Source: Promethearchaeota archaeon
Lineage (GTDB): Archaea > Asgardarchaeota > Lokiarchaeia > Sigyniarchaeales > SOKP01
Length of the DNA: 64,000 nucleotides
Assembly: GCA_016839585.1 (NCBI GenBank)
Contig: JAEOTZ010000017.1
Coordinates: 1 to 64,000 of the forward strand
Direction of reading: 5' to 3'
Below the pieces are notes generated by a model. The model ran no database searches, was not told where the DNA came from, and saw only the letters and a program-made list of their open reading frames with translations. Numbering within the stretch: position 1 is the stretch's first letter; each line of letters opens with the position of its first letter. Of this stretch, positions 1 through 10,525 are shown piece after piece. The translations under genes and the position numbers were made by a program.

Positions 1-315
1 ACATTAATTCTAGCAATTTTCATAATAAAACAATAATTATTGAAATCAATTTATTTTTTACTTATTACATCTGCTTTTTTTGTAGGTATTAAACAAAATA
101 ACAAAAATGTGCTTTAAAATTGAAAAAAATTATATTTCAATGACTTTCTCTTTTAAGGTAAATAAAAAAAACTTTTAAATCTCTAAAAAAAGAAGCAAAG
201 ATTTAAAAGTGTAACTGGAATAATATATTCTATTAAATGTATAATAAGGTCTATTTTTGTAATATAAAATTTTGAAAAGCTAATATTACCTATATAATAT
301 GCTCCAGGAATTAAT

Positions 316-1242
316 ATGAATAACAATTATCGTTATTTAATAAGAAATAAAAATATTGATCAAGATAATTTACCTCAGATTCAATGTTGTGATAATCCGA
401 GTATTGAAGCTCGAGATGGAAATAAAGTTTGTTTAAATTGCGGAATTATTTTTGAAAGAACATTTGTTGGGAACGAAAGGAGAGCATATACTATCGAAGA
501 AATACAAAATCGACGTAGAACTGAGCCTAGATGGAGAGATTTTGGTCCAAGGACAATGTTACCTACTACTAAGACAGATTCGAAAGGTAAATCAATAGGA
601 CCAAAAGAACAAGCTCTTTTTTCTCGTTTATCAAAAATTCAAAATTCACTCATAAGTAGTATTGAAAGAAATTTTTGGGAAGCTAAACCTAAATTAAAAA
701 TGCTTACTTCAAAGCTTAACATACCTGAATATATCGCTGAAACAGCATGGAAGATATATAGTATTGTAGCGAGAAAGAAATTAACTATGGGAAGATCAAT
801 TAATGGATTTATCGCAGGGTCTTTATATGCGGCAATTAGAGTGCATGATTTTCCACGATTGCTAGATGAGGTATGTGAGGCGTCATTAACACCAAGAAGA
901 ACGGTTCATAGAAGTCTGGCAATGATAATTCGTGAAGTTTTACCGGAGCTAAAGCTAAGATATCAGCCAATTACTGCTGAAAGTTTAGTTTTTCGATTTG
1001 GAAACGAATTAGATCTACCTATAAAGATTCAAAAAAAAGCTATCAATATGTTAAGAACGGCTTCTAAAAATGGATTAAAAAGAACTGGTAAGGATCCTAA
1101 AGGTTTAGCAGCAGCTTGTATCTATATCGCAGCAAAGGATGGTTTGATTAGAAAAACCCAATCTCTTGTAGCGGACATTGCAAAGATTACAGAGGTAACA
1201 CTTAGAAGCCGTGCGAAGCAAATTAAGATGAAATTAATTTAA
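316..1242 (+). CDS. tfb: Transcription initiation factor IIB
   Basis: N-terminal Zn ribbon (CCDNP...CLNCG), B-reader-like ERRAY...R, two cyclin repeats (GRSINGFIAGSLY; GKDPKGLAAACIY...TEVTLRSR). Confidence 0.93.
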   Translation: MNNNYRYLIRNKNIDQDNLPQIQCCDNPSIEARDGNKVCLNCGIIFERTFVGNERRAYTIEEIQNRRRTEPRWRDFGPRTMLPTTKTDSKGKSIGPKEQALFSRLSKIQNSLISSIERNFWEAKPKLKMLTSKLNIPEYIAETAWKIYSIVARKKLTMGRSINGFIAGSLYAAIRVHDFPRLLDEVCEASLTPRRTVHRSLAMIIREVLPELKLRYQPITAESLVFRFGNELDLPIKIQKKAINMLRTASKNGLKRTGKDPKGLAAACIYIAAKDGLIRKTQSLVADIAKITEVTLRSRAKQIKMKLI

Positions 1243-1279
1243 TTTTTTTCCTTTTAGTTATTTTTAATTTTTCTGATTT

Positions 1280-1870
1280 CTAATTATTTGAAGAATTCGA
1301 GGATTCTTCTCTTTCAATTAATGATGTCCATTTTATTCCAGCAGTAGTTACTATTACACCTGTAATTAAGAAACAACATATGACGGATATAAAAAACACC
1401 CAAATAACTCCTGATGAAAAAGGAGTAATAGTAGAATCATAAAGAGCAGTTTGAAAGGGTATAGAACCTAAAACTGTGTCTACATTTGTTTTTCCCAACA
1501 ATACTAGATAATCCATTTTAACAAATGCCCCTAATAACATTACCATACCCAACACTACTAGATATTTTGCTAATGGTTTACTTTCAATCTTATTATTTAG
1601 TGCAAATCTAAGCATATGAATTCCTAGAATTAGGAAAAACACCATACAAATTATTAAAAATACCCATAATAACGATCCAGATATTGATATAAAATCTGAA
1701 GATAAGATTAATTCATGTAAAAGGAGAATCTCTGGAACAACATTAACCTCTGTAAAAAGCAATAAGACGATAAAAACAAGTTCCATTATTGAAAGAATAA
1801 TTAAATAAGCAGCAATAATTTCAATAGCTTTTACAACAGCTTTGTATTCCATTTTTTTATTCACCTTCAA
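1280..1870 (-). CDS. Hypothetical membrane protein (about 4 TM)
   Basis: 196-aa ORF with four hydrophobic segments; no recognised motif. Confidence 0.75.
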   Translation of the reverse strand: MKVNKKMEYKAVVKAIEIIAAYLIILSIMELVFIVLLLFTEVNVVPEILLLHELILSSDFISISGSLLWVFLIICMVFFLILGIHMLRFALNNKIESKPLAKYLVVLGMVMLLGAFVKMDYLVLLGKTNVDTVLGSIPFQTALYDSTITPFSSGVIWVFFISVICCFLITGVIVTTAGIKWTSLIEREESSNSSNN

Positions 1871-2011
1871 TTTTTAATAAAGTAAGAAAAATTTTTTATT
1901 TCATTATATTTTTACTTATTATTGTTTTTGAAGTTTATAAAAATTTTTATATATTATTATTTTTAAAGAAAATCTGTTTTATACTAATAAAATTCATTAA
2001 TTGAGTTTTTT

Positions 2012-2968
2012 TTGAAAAATAGGAAAGAAAATAATCCGGAAATCTCAAGTTGTCAACATAAAAACATTAAGAAAGATGCAGGATTTTATGTTTGCCAAGA
2101 TTGTGGTTTAATCTTAGATGAAAATGTAGTATTCGAAGGTGATCTTTATTTTAGTGATTCTGATTCACAAAGAGATTATGAAAGGAGAATTAGAATTAGT
2201 GATTCCAAGGCCCTCCAAGATCCCATTATCAAAGAAAAATATGAACGAATAAAAACACTTGAGAAATGGTTTCGTGATTATGAATCTGATTTTACAGAAC
2301 AAAAAAAAACTATTGAGCTTCTTAAGAGTTATGGAATTGGATTGAATATAGATTCAATTAAATACCAAACTGTTAAGGATAGGTATCTGAAATACAATAA
2401 ATATCATAGACATACATATCAGAATATGGTAATTATTTTTTTAGCTATTGTTTGGATGGAAATTAAAGATACAACTAATATTCGAATTGAAGAATATATT
2501 AAAGCTTCAAGGGAGTTAGGTCATAAGGTAAATAAGAAAATGCTGAATAATGCTATGCTAAAAGTGAAGCGAACTGAGAAAATGTTAAATAAAAAGTATA
2601 AGAACGTTTCAGATATCGAAAAAGACATTAAAAACAAAATAAAAATTGTATTTCAAAAAGGTTTAAACGGAATTGCCTTTGAGAAAGTTTCTGATCAAAT
2701 CAAAACAGAAGAACAGTTTAATAAATTAAAACTAGACATGATGCTAATGGCAGATGAGTATCTCATAAACATCTCTTATGATCATTTAAAAAATTTAAAT
2801 TATAAAGCCTTCACCGCAGGATTGATTTATTATATTGGTCAAACTTTAGATAAAAAACGGAAAATTTTTACTCAAAGTCTTATTGAAGAGACTACTAAAT
2901 TTTCTAGTACAACGATAAGAAAAAAATATCATCTTTTAGTAGATATTTTAGGAGATCCTCGAAAATAA
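2012..2968 (+). CDS. Divergent TFIIB-like protein (Zn ribbon + cyclin folds)
   Basis: CQH...CQDCG Zn ribbon; C-terminal KAFTAGLIY...FTQSLI...SSTTIRKKY resembles the second TFB cyclin repeat and helix-turn-helix. Confidence 0.7.
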   Translation: MKNRKENNPEISSCQHKNIKKDAGFYVCQDCGLILDENVVFEGDLYFSDSDSQRDYERRIRISDSKALQDPIIKEKYERIKTLEKWFRDYESDFTEQKKTIELLKSYGIGLNIDSIKYQTVKDRYLKYNKYHRHTYQNMVIIFLAIVWMEIKDTTNIRIEEYIKASRELGHKVNKKMLNNAMLKVKRTEKMLNKKYKNVSDIEKDIKNKIKIVFQKGLNGIAFEKVSDQIKTEEQFNKLKLDMMLMADEYLINISYDHLKNLNYKAFTAGLIYYIGQTLDKKRKIFTQSLIEETTKFSSTTIRKKYHLLVDILGDPRK

Positions 2969-3104
2969 CACTAGAATAATTGCCTTAAATTTCATAACTC
3001 TTTATTTTTAAGAAATTAAATAACTCTAAAATAATAAATTATTAAAAAAAATACACTCTTAGAATAATTATTATTTTAACCTAAATAATCTGATTAAATT
3101 CCTT

Positions 3105-5975
3105 ATGTCCCAAGATAAATTTACTAATTCTTCTGATAATAAATATTATTATCAATCTATTAAGGATTTAATTAGTAAATTTAATACAAACTTTGACTAT
3201 GGTTTAAATTCTATAGAATTAAAAGAGAGATACTTTAAATTTGGATATAACGAACTTCCAAAAATAAAAAAATCATTATGGAAAATATATTTATCTCCAA
3301 TTTTTAATTTCTTAATTGTCATTTTAATAATTTCTGGAACTTTTATTGCTATATTAGGATCTCCCGGCTCTGCAGCGATAATTTTTGTTGTAGTTTTTAT
3401 AAACTCTATAACAATTGTAATACAACAATTTAGAGCACAGAAAGCATTAGAATCTTTAAAAAAAATTGCTGCTCTAAAGGCGACTGTTCTAAGAGATGGT
3501 TTACAATTTGAAATTCCTACCAGAGAACTAGTTCCTGGCGATATTATTTTATTAGAGCAAGGTGATAAAGTTCCTGCTGATGCTAGAATAATTGAACTCA
3601 TGAATTTTACTGTTAATGAAGCTAGTCTTACCGGAGAATCTGAACCTGTTGAAAAAATCAAATCTGTCTTACAAAGAAAAGATTTACCTATCCAAGAACA
3701 AATCAATATGGTTTTTATGGGGACTTTTGTTAATACAGGTAGATGTAAAGCATTAGTAACAGGTACTGGTGTTAATACAGAAATAGGTAAAATATCAGTT
3801 CAATTAAATGCAATGGGAAGTATTGAAGATATCCCACTAACTAGAAAGTTAAATAGATTGGGATATATCTTAGGATTTATCGCAATCTTTATTTTATCTA
3901 TATTAATTACTTATAAATTTATATTTTTAGCTGTAGAAGGAGATTTTAATGAAGAGTTCATTGGTGAAGCACTAGTTAGTTCTATTTTAAGATCCACTAA
4001 TGTCGTTCCATTTAATTTACCATTATTATCAACCTTAGTTTTAATAACTGGTGTACTTGAAATAGCTCAGAGTGGAGTAATCATAAAAAATTTATCAGCT
4101 ATTGAATCTCTTGGTCGCGTATCTGTAATATGTTCCGATAAAACAGGCACTATCACGAAAAATGAGATGACAATTAAGAAATTCTGGTTAAATAAAATAG
4201 AATATGAAGTTACTGGATCTGGATATGATGCTGAAGGTGAAATTTTGAAAGATGGGATTAAAACTAATTTAAAAGATAATTTAACCTTCCAAAAGTTTAT
4301 TGATTCTATTGTTCTAAACAACAATGCAAATTTAATATATGAAGATGTTAAAGTACGAGTTAAAAATATGACAGAAATAGCTGTAAGAAGAGCGTTAGGT
4401 TCTCCTACCGAAGCTTCTTTATTAGTACTTGCTGAAATAGCGGGATATATTACATATGATATCAAAAGCAAATATGAAGTTCTAAAAGAATTTTCATTTG
4501 AATCTGAATTAAAACGAATGACTACAATTTGTATGTCTAATCACAGTAAAAATGTATTATATGCTTTTTCAAAAGGAGCTCCTGAAAAATTGATAACTCT
4601 CTGCTCTCAGATTGAAATTAATGGTAAAATCCAAGCGATCGATAATGATTTAAAACGTGAGATATTAAATCAAATAGAAGTACGTGCAAATGAAGGTTAT
4701 AGAACCTTAGCTATAGCATATAAACAATTGCAAGATAATAATTATCAAGAGAGAGATTCCATTGAGAGAGATTTAATTTTCTTAAGTTTCGTATCCATAT
4801 TAGATCCCCCTCGAGTTGGCGTTAAAGAATCAATAGAAGAATGTCAATCAGGAAGGATAAAAGTCGCTATAGTAACGGGAGATCACCCCGCAACAGCAAA
4901 AACTATAGCCATACAGATGAGCATTTTTAAAGAAGGGGATTTAGTAATAGAGGGCTCTGAGATCGAAAAGCTAAGTATAGAAGATTTCAATAAAGTATCA
5001 GTTTTCGCGAGGGTGGAACCAACAGATAAAGAAATAATAGTAGAAAATTACCAAAAACAAAATAAAATAGTAGCAATGACAGGTGATGGGATCAATGATT
5101 CACCAGCATTGAAGAAAGCTCAAGCTGGAATAGCTATGGGTATAACAGGTACAGATCTAGCTAAAGAAACTTCCGATATGGTAATTTCTGATGATAATTT
5201 TACGTCAATTGTTAAGGGCGTAAAAATTGGGCGTGGTCTATTTGCTAAAATCCGAACGATTATTTATTTCTTTATTTGTCTAAATATAATGGAAGCGTTT
5301 ATTTTCTTTACCTATGAATTTATTCCATTTTTCGAACTTTTTAGTTCTGAATGGCAACACATTTATATATTTGGAATTGTACATTCATTACCATCTCTAG
5401 CATTAGTAATCGATACATATCCTAAAGATATTATGCAAGATCCACCCCGAGATGAAGAAGAACTTTTAAATAAAAATATGTGGCTACTTTTGTTAATTCA
5501 GGCATTTTTAATGGGAATAGGGTTAGTTTTAGTTTTTCAATTAACATATAATGGAATTTTTCCATTGAATGAATGGAATACTAATTCTAATTTAAGTTAT
5601 TTAGTACTTGACTCAGAAGAATGGATAGCTCAAAAAGCAAGAACTATGTTTATAACAACCCTATATATCGCAGAAACTAACTTTATATGGGCTTTTAGGA
5701 GACCGAACAAATCAATTATTAAATCCTTAAAAGAAGAATTAAGCATGGCGGTTTTAATTGTCTGTTTATTCACTTTAGGACTTCATATTCTTCATATCTG
5801 TTTCTCATATCAAATAAACTATTATATCAATGATGTAAGTGGTCTTAATTTTCAAATAAACTTTATGTTCTTAAGTGGCTTAGACTGGTTAGTTTGTGTA
5901 TTATTTGCCCTTCCAGGAATAGTTGGAATAGAATTAGTGAAATATTTTGCTAGAAATAAGAATATAAATTTTTAA
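3105..5975 (+). CDS. P-type ATPase, P2A-like scaffold with atypical M4/M6 transport site
   Basis: TGES, DKTGT, KGAPE, DPPR, TGD, GDGIND; M4 PFNLP instead of PEGLP; His at the M6 Asp position. Confidence 0.93.
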   Translation: MSQDKFTNSSDNKYYYQSIKDLISKFNTNFDYGLNSIELKERYFKFGYNELPKIKKSLWKIYLSPIFNFLIVILIISGTFIAILGSPGSAAIIFVVVFINSITIVIQQFRAQKALESLKKIAALKATVLRDGLQFEIPTRELVPGDIILLEQGDKVPADARIIELMNFTVNEASLTGESEPVEKIKSVLQRKDLPIQEQINMVFMGTFVNTGRCKALVTGTGVNTEIGKISVQLNAMGSIEDIPLTRKLNRLGYILGFIAIFILSILITYKFIFLAVEGDFNEEFIGEALVSSILRSTNVVPFNLPLLSTLVLITGVLEIAQSGVIIKNLSAIESLGRVSVICSDKTGTITKNEMTIKKFWLNKIEYEVTGSGYDAEGEILKDGIKTNLKDNLTFQKFIDSIVLNNNANLIYEDVKVRVKNMTEIAVRRALGSPTEASLLVLAEIAGYITYDIKSKYEVLKEFSFESELKRMTTICMSNHSKNVLYAFSKGAPEKLITLCSQIEINGKIQAIDNDLKREILNQIEVRANEGYRTLAIAYKQLQDNNYQERDSIERDLIFLSFVSILDPPRVGVKESIEECQSGRIKVAIVTGDHPATAKTIAIQMSIFKEGDLVIEGSEIEKLSIEDFNKVSVFARVEPTDKEIIVENYQKQNKIVAMTGDGINDSPALKKAQAGIAMGITGTDLAKETSDMVISDDNFTSIVKGVKIGRGLFAKIRTIIYFFICLNIMEAFIFFTYEFIPFFELFSSEWQHIYIFGIVHSLPSLALVIDTYPKDIMQDPPRDEEELLNKNMWLLLLIQAFLMGIGLVLVFQLTYNGIFPLNEWNTNSNLSYLVLDSEEWIAQKARTMFITTLYIAETNFIWAFRRPNKSIIKSLKEELSMAVLIVCLFTLGLHILHICFSYQINYYINDVSGLNFQINFMFLSGLDWLVCVLFALPGIVGIELVKYFARNKNINF

Positions 5976-6023
5976 TACAATTATTTCATTAAATTTAAAA
6001 TTAATATTTAAAAAGAGAATATT

Positions 6024-6830
6024 ATGGCTGAAATATCCTCCAACGTTCAAACAGAAAAAAAACCTTTTCTTAGAAAATATGGGGGTCTCCTCTTTATCAG
6101 TGGAATTGTATTATTATTTGTAATTTTGGCACTAGCTAATATTAACTTTGGACAATGGCTCGCTGATACAATTTATTGGTTTTATGAGGAATTTGGAGAT
6201 GTTGGAATCTATATAGGGGTTTTTGTTATAAGTATATTTGGTAATTTCACAGTTATTTTTCCAGTGCCGTATGTAATCGCCGTGATTGTAGTTTCCGCCG
6301 TAATCCCTGGAGTAAATCCCTTATTATTGGGTCTTGTTGGAGGATTGGGAGCAAGTATAGGAGAAACTACAGCATGGCTAATTGGACGCGGATCACAAAA
6401 AATGATAGGAGATGTTGAAAGTATTGAACGGATGAAAGGATACGTTGAGAAGGGCTGGGCTCCATTAATAATATTTATTTTTGCTGCAACCCCTTTACCT
6501 GATGATGCATTTTTAATCGTATTAGGAATCGTAGAGTATAGCATTATTAAAACATTAATATATACATTTATTGGCAAATTTGTTCTCTGTTCTTTATGTA
6601 GTGCCCTTCCCATTTGGTATGCAGATACTCCATTAGGTGATTTTTTATTCAACTTATTTGGAATTGATCTTGAGGCAGCTCAATCTGGGAGTATACCCCC
6701 TAGTACTCCTTTAGAGATTTTAACAAGTTCATTAGTTTGGGCAACTGTTATCATAATTATGTTCTTACTAGTCTATGTGGACTGGGGAAAAATTCTTAAA
6801 AGAATAAGAAAAAAAAAACCTAATGAGTAA
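6024..6830 (+). CDS. VTT/DedA superfamily (VMP1-like) membrane protein, putative lipid scramblase
   Basis: FPVP re-entrant motif, GLGASIGE...W.IGRG, FAATPLPDD...LG. Confidence 0.85.
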   Translation: MAEISSNVQTEKKPFLRKYGGLLFISGIVLLFVILALANINFGQWLADTIYWFYEEFGDVGIYIGVFVISIFGNFTVIFPVPYVIAVIVVSAVIPGVNPLLLGLVGGLGASIGETTAWLIGRGSQKMIGDVESIERMKGYVEKGWAPLIIFIFAATPLPDDAFLIVLGIVEYSIIKTLIYTFIGKFVLCSLCSALPIWYADTPLGDFLFNLFGIDLEAAQSGSIPPSTPLEILTSSLVWATVIIIMFLLVYVDWGKILKRIRKKKPNE

Positions 6831-6997
6831 TTTGATTCATATGTCTTAAAATAAATTCTTAAATAATACTCGAATTGTATTTTTTGAAAAAAGGAATAAA
6901 TTAAAAATTATAATTGTTATTGTCTATTTATTAGATCTAAAAAGAAAAATTTAGAGAATTTTCTTTTGATCCTATTCAAACTTATGGCAGAATTAAT

Positions 6998-9898
6998 ATG
7001 GAAAAAGTAGAAGAAAATTTTTATAATCTTGCCCTAGAACAAATTTATCAAAAAATTAAAACTAATCCTAATAAAGGTTTAACAACAACTGAAGCTAATA
7101 AGAGGCTAGAGAAATTTGGTCTTAATGAAATACCAAAAGTATCAAAAGGATTTATCAAGATATATTTAGCACCTCTATTTAACTGGTTAATCGTAATTTA
7201 CTTAATCGGAGCTCTTATACTATTTTTAGCTAGTATTTTTGGGGGAGAAGGAAGCCTACTTTTTATAGGTTTGACTTTAGGTATTGTTTTTCTTAATTGT
7301 ATGGTGGCTATAATTCAGCAATATAGGGCCACAAAAAAATTAAAAGCATTAAGAGAATTATCTGCTCCAACCGCAACTATTATTAGAGATAATCAGAAAC
7401 AAGATATTCCCACAAAAGAAATTGTAATGGGAGATTTACTAGTCTTAAACCAAGGAGATAAAATTCCGGCTGATGCTAGAATTGTAGAATCTTTTAATCT
7501 GGAAGTTAACGAAGCATCACTTACAGGTGAATCAGAACCAGTTAAAAAATTAAGGAAAGGAGATGCATTAGGCAAAGATGAAATTCCTATAAGTGATCGT
7601 AAAAATATGGTTTTTTACGGGACATATATAACTATTGGAAATGGTACAGCAATTACTGTAAAAACTGGTGGAGATACTGAAATTGGTAAAATTTCCCACG
7701 GTTTGGAGGAAGCTGGAACGTCCGAAATCCCTATTCGTCAAAAATTGAACCACTTTGGTAAATGGTTAGGTCTAATCATCTTTATTTTTTGGTTTATTTC
7801 ATTGATGATGATATGGGCAGCCACAAGATTTACTGAAGATCCTGAAGTAGTTAAAAGTTTGAACTCTGCCCTTGACTTGATGCCATTGAACATCCCATTA
7901 CTTGTCACAATTGTATTAATCACAGGAGTCTTATCAATGGCGCGATATGGCGTTATTATAAGAAATCTGGCTTCTGTTGACAGCTTAGGTCGTGTAAGTG
8001 TTGTTTGCTCAGATAAAACTGGTACATTAACTAAAAATCAAATGTCGATTCAACATGTCTGGACAAATGGATCATTATATAGAGTAACTGGTAGCGGTTA
8101 TTCTCCAGAGGGGGATATAATTTTAATGGATGACCCGAAAAATCCCGAATACGTACGCCATATTGATGATTATCCTCAATTAAAACTTCTTTTAATTTCT
8201 GGATTTTTAAATAACAATTCTGCCCTCATAAAAAATGAAATTGAAACTCCTAGGAAAATTGTTTATAATTGGAATGTGGTGGGATCTCCAACAGAAGGAG
8301 CCTTAATGGTTCTGTTTCAAAAAGGGATGGGTGATTATCTTCTTGATGATTTTGAATCAATTACTGAATTTCCGTTTGATTCAGCTTTAAAACGAATGAC
8401 AAAAATTTACAAAAGAGAAGACAAATTGTACTCATTTACTAAAGGTGCTAGTGAGATATTAATCCCTTTATGTTCTGCAATTTTATACAATAATAATGAA
8501 GTGAAATTTATTGATGAAATAAAAGCTAAAGTAATGGATATAGTAAATCTTTATGCAAATCAAGGTTATCGAATTTTAAGCTTAGCTTATAAGAAGCTAG
8601 ATGAGTTACCTCCCGAAGGAGAAGAAAGTAGGGTTCAATGCGAATCAGAAATGATCTATATTGGATTTGTGACAATATTAGATCCTCCTAGAGAGGGTGT
8701 GAAAGAATCAGTGATACAATGTCATGAGGCAGGTGTAGATGTTATTATGATAACAGGTGATTCAACGATGACAGCAAGAGCTATAGCTTCACAAATTGGT
8801 ATCATAACTGAAGAAAGTGAAATTGTTCTTGAAGGAAGCCAAATTAAAGACGTAAAGACCTTCTTTGACTTTAATAAGATTAAAGCATTTGCAAGAGTAT
8901 CTCCTGAGCATAAAGAAGATATTATTGAAAAATATCAAGCAACCAAAAAAGTAGTTGCTATGACGGGTGATGGAGTAAATGATAGTTTAGCCTTAAATAT
9001 GGCTGATGCAGGTATAGCTATGGGCATAACAGGAACAGATGTAGCTAAAGAAGCTTCCGATATGGTTATTTCAGATGATTCATTTAACTCGATTGTCACA
9101 GGTATCCATCACGGAAGAGGTATTTTTGCGAGGATCCGTGCACTAGTTTTCTTTTATATTTGTATAAATATATTTGAAGGTATCGTTCAATTTATATTAG
9201 CTGTAGTCTTTGAATTACCATACTTTTTAGATGAAGCGTTTTATTTACAATGGATTTTCTTATCGATCACTCTCCATATGTTTCCTGGATTAATACTTGC
9301 TTTTGATACAACTTCAAAAGATGTTATGAAAGAAAAACCTCGCGATTCAGAAGAAATACTCTCTAAAAATGTGTTAGTACTTCTGTTTATATTTGGAATT
9401 TTACTTGCAATTAGTATGGTTTTAGTATACTTCTTAACAATGAGTGAAATTTGGCCTGTCGTTACTGAAAATTGGGATTTAGGTAATGCATTTCTCTATT
9501 CATCAGATGAATTGATTCCAGATATTTTAACAGATGATTATACATTAGAAGAGATTAGAATAATGGCTAAAACTCTAACTATGTTAATGGTAACTTTATT
9601 TTTCTGTGAATCATTTTTAGTGTTTCAGATAAGACGTCCAAATAAATCCTTAATCAGAAGTCTTAAAGAAGATAGCAATAAACGAATGTACCTAATAATT
9701 GGTTTCTTATTTGCTTTATTTCTTATGTTAATGTACATCCCTAATGCTCAAGTTGCTTTAGCAAGAGCTGGAATTAATTTCATGTTTATGTATTTAACTG
9801 CTCTTGATTGGCTGATTTGTTTCTTGATTTCACTGATATGTATTATAACTTTTGAGTTTGTGAAATATATAGCACGCAAGTATAAAATTTCCTTTTAA
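6998..9898 (+). CDS. P-type ATPase, P2A-like paralog with atypical M4/M6 site
   Basis: TGES, DKTGT, KGASE, DPPR, GDGVND; M4 PLNIP; M6 SITLHMFP. Confidence 0.93.
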   Translation: MEKVEENFYNLALEQIYQKIKTNPNKGLTTTEANKRLEKFGLNEIPKVSKGFIKIYLAPLFNWLIVIYLIGALILFLASIFGGEGSLLFIGLTLGIVFLNCMVAIIQQYRATKKLKALRELSAPTATIIRDNQKQDIPTKEIVMGDLLVLNQGDKIPADARIVESFNLEVNEASLTGESEPVKKLRKGDALGKDEIPISDRKNMVFYGTYITIGNGTAITVKTGGDTEIGKISHGLEEAGTSEIPIRQKLNHFGKWLGLIIFIFWFISLMMIWAATRFTEDPEVVKSLNSALDLMPLNIPLLVTIVLITGVLSMARYGVIIRNLASVDSLGRVSVVCSDKTGTLTKNQMSIQHVWTNGSLYRVTGSGYSPEGDIILMDDPKNPEYVRHIDDYPQLKLLLISGFLNNNSALIKNEIETPRKIVYNWNVVGSPTEGALMVLFQKGMGDYLLDDFESITEFPFDSALKRMTKIYKREDKLYSFTKGASEILIPLCSAILYNNNEVKFIDEIKAKVMDIVNLYANQGYRILSLAYKKLDELPPEGEESRVQCESEMIYIGFVTILDPPREGVKESVIQCHEAGVDVIMITGDSTMTARAIASQIGIITEESEIVLEGSQIKDVKTFFDFNKIKAFARVSPEHKEDIIEKYQATKKVVAMTGDGVNDSLALNMADAGIAMGITGTDVAKEASDMVISDDSFNSIVTGIHHGRGIFARIRALVFFYICINIFEGIVQFILAVVFELPYFLDEAFYLQWIFLSITLHMFPGLILAFDTTSKDVMKEKPRDSEEILSKNVLVLLFIFGILLAISMVLVYFLTMSEIWPVVTENWDLGNAFLYSSDELIPDILTDDYTLEEIRIMAKTLTMLMVTLFFCESFLVFQIRRPNKSLIRSLKEDSNKRMYLIIGFLFALFLMLMYIPNAQVALARAGINFMFMYLTALDWLICFLISLICIITFEFVKYIARKYKISF

Positions 9899-9974
9899 AT
9901 TTTATTTCTTTTTATTTATTGCATCATTTAATAAATGCATAAAATTTTTTTCTCTAGTTGTATTAGAATTTTGT

Positions 9975-10517
9975 ATGTTAAAAGGAAAAAAAGTTATTCT
10001 TGCTCCACCTAAAAGAGAATATATAGACACTTTTATTAAATGGATAAATGATCCAGAAATAACTCAATACTTACTAGTATTTAGACCTATGACTAAAGAA
10101 ATGGAAGAAGAATGGTTTGAGTCATTAAAAGATAGGGAAAATAACTTTCTTTTCTCTATACTCATTCCATTAAATGATGGTTCAGAAAAGCTTATAGGAA
10201 ATTGCGGAATCCACAAGATCGACTGGAAAAATAGAGTGGGAGAATGTGGTATAATGATTGGGGAAAAATCAGAACAAAGTAAAGGTTATGGTACAGAAGC
10301 GATGGAATTATTAATTAATTATGGTTTTAATACTCTAAATCTTAATAGGCTCCAGTTAAGTGTTTATGATTTTAATATCTCTGCTATAAAATTATATAAA
10401 AAAGTAGGGTTCATAGAAGAAGGTCGAAAAAGAAAGGCACATTTTGTTAATGGAGAATACCATGATCTAATCATTATGGGTATATTGAATGAAGAATGGG
10501 TAGAAAATAAAAAATAA
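9975..10517 (+). CDS. GNAT N-acetyltransferase, RimJ/RimL family
   Basis: IDWKNRVGECGIMIG...KGYGTEAM...N.SAIKLYKKVGF.EEG. Confidence 0.92.
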   Translation: MLKGKKVILAPPKREYIDTFIKWINDPEITQYLLVFRPMTKEMEEEWFESLKDRENNFLFSILIPLNDGSEKLIGNCGIHKIDWKNRVGECGIMIGEKSEQSKGYGTEAMELLINYGFNTLNLNRLQLSVYDFNISAIKLYKKVGFIEEGRKRKAHFVNGEYHDLIIMGILNEEWVENKK

Positions 10518-10525
10518 TATTATTT

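Noticed and set aside
3105-9898. Calling the ATPases true P4 flippases, or plain Ca2+-ATPases
   Set aside because: The actuator motif is TGES (P2), not DGET (P4), and no CDC50-like gene is seen; yet the Ca2+ site II residues are missing. Substrate left unassigned.
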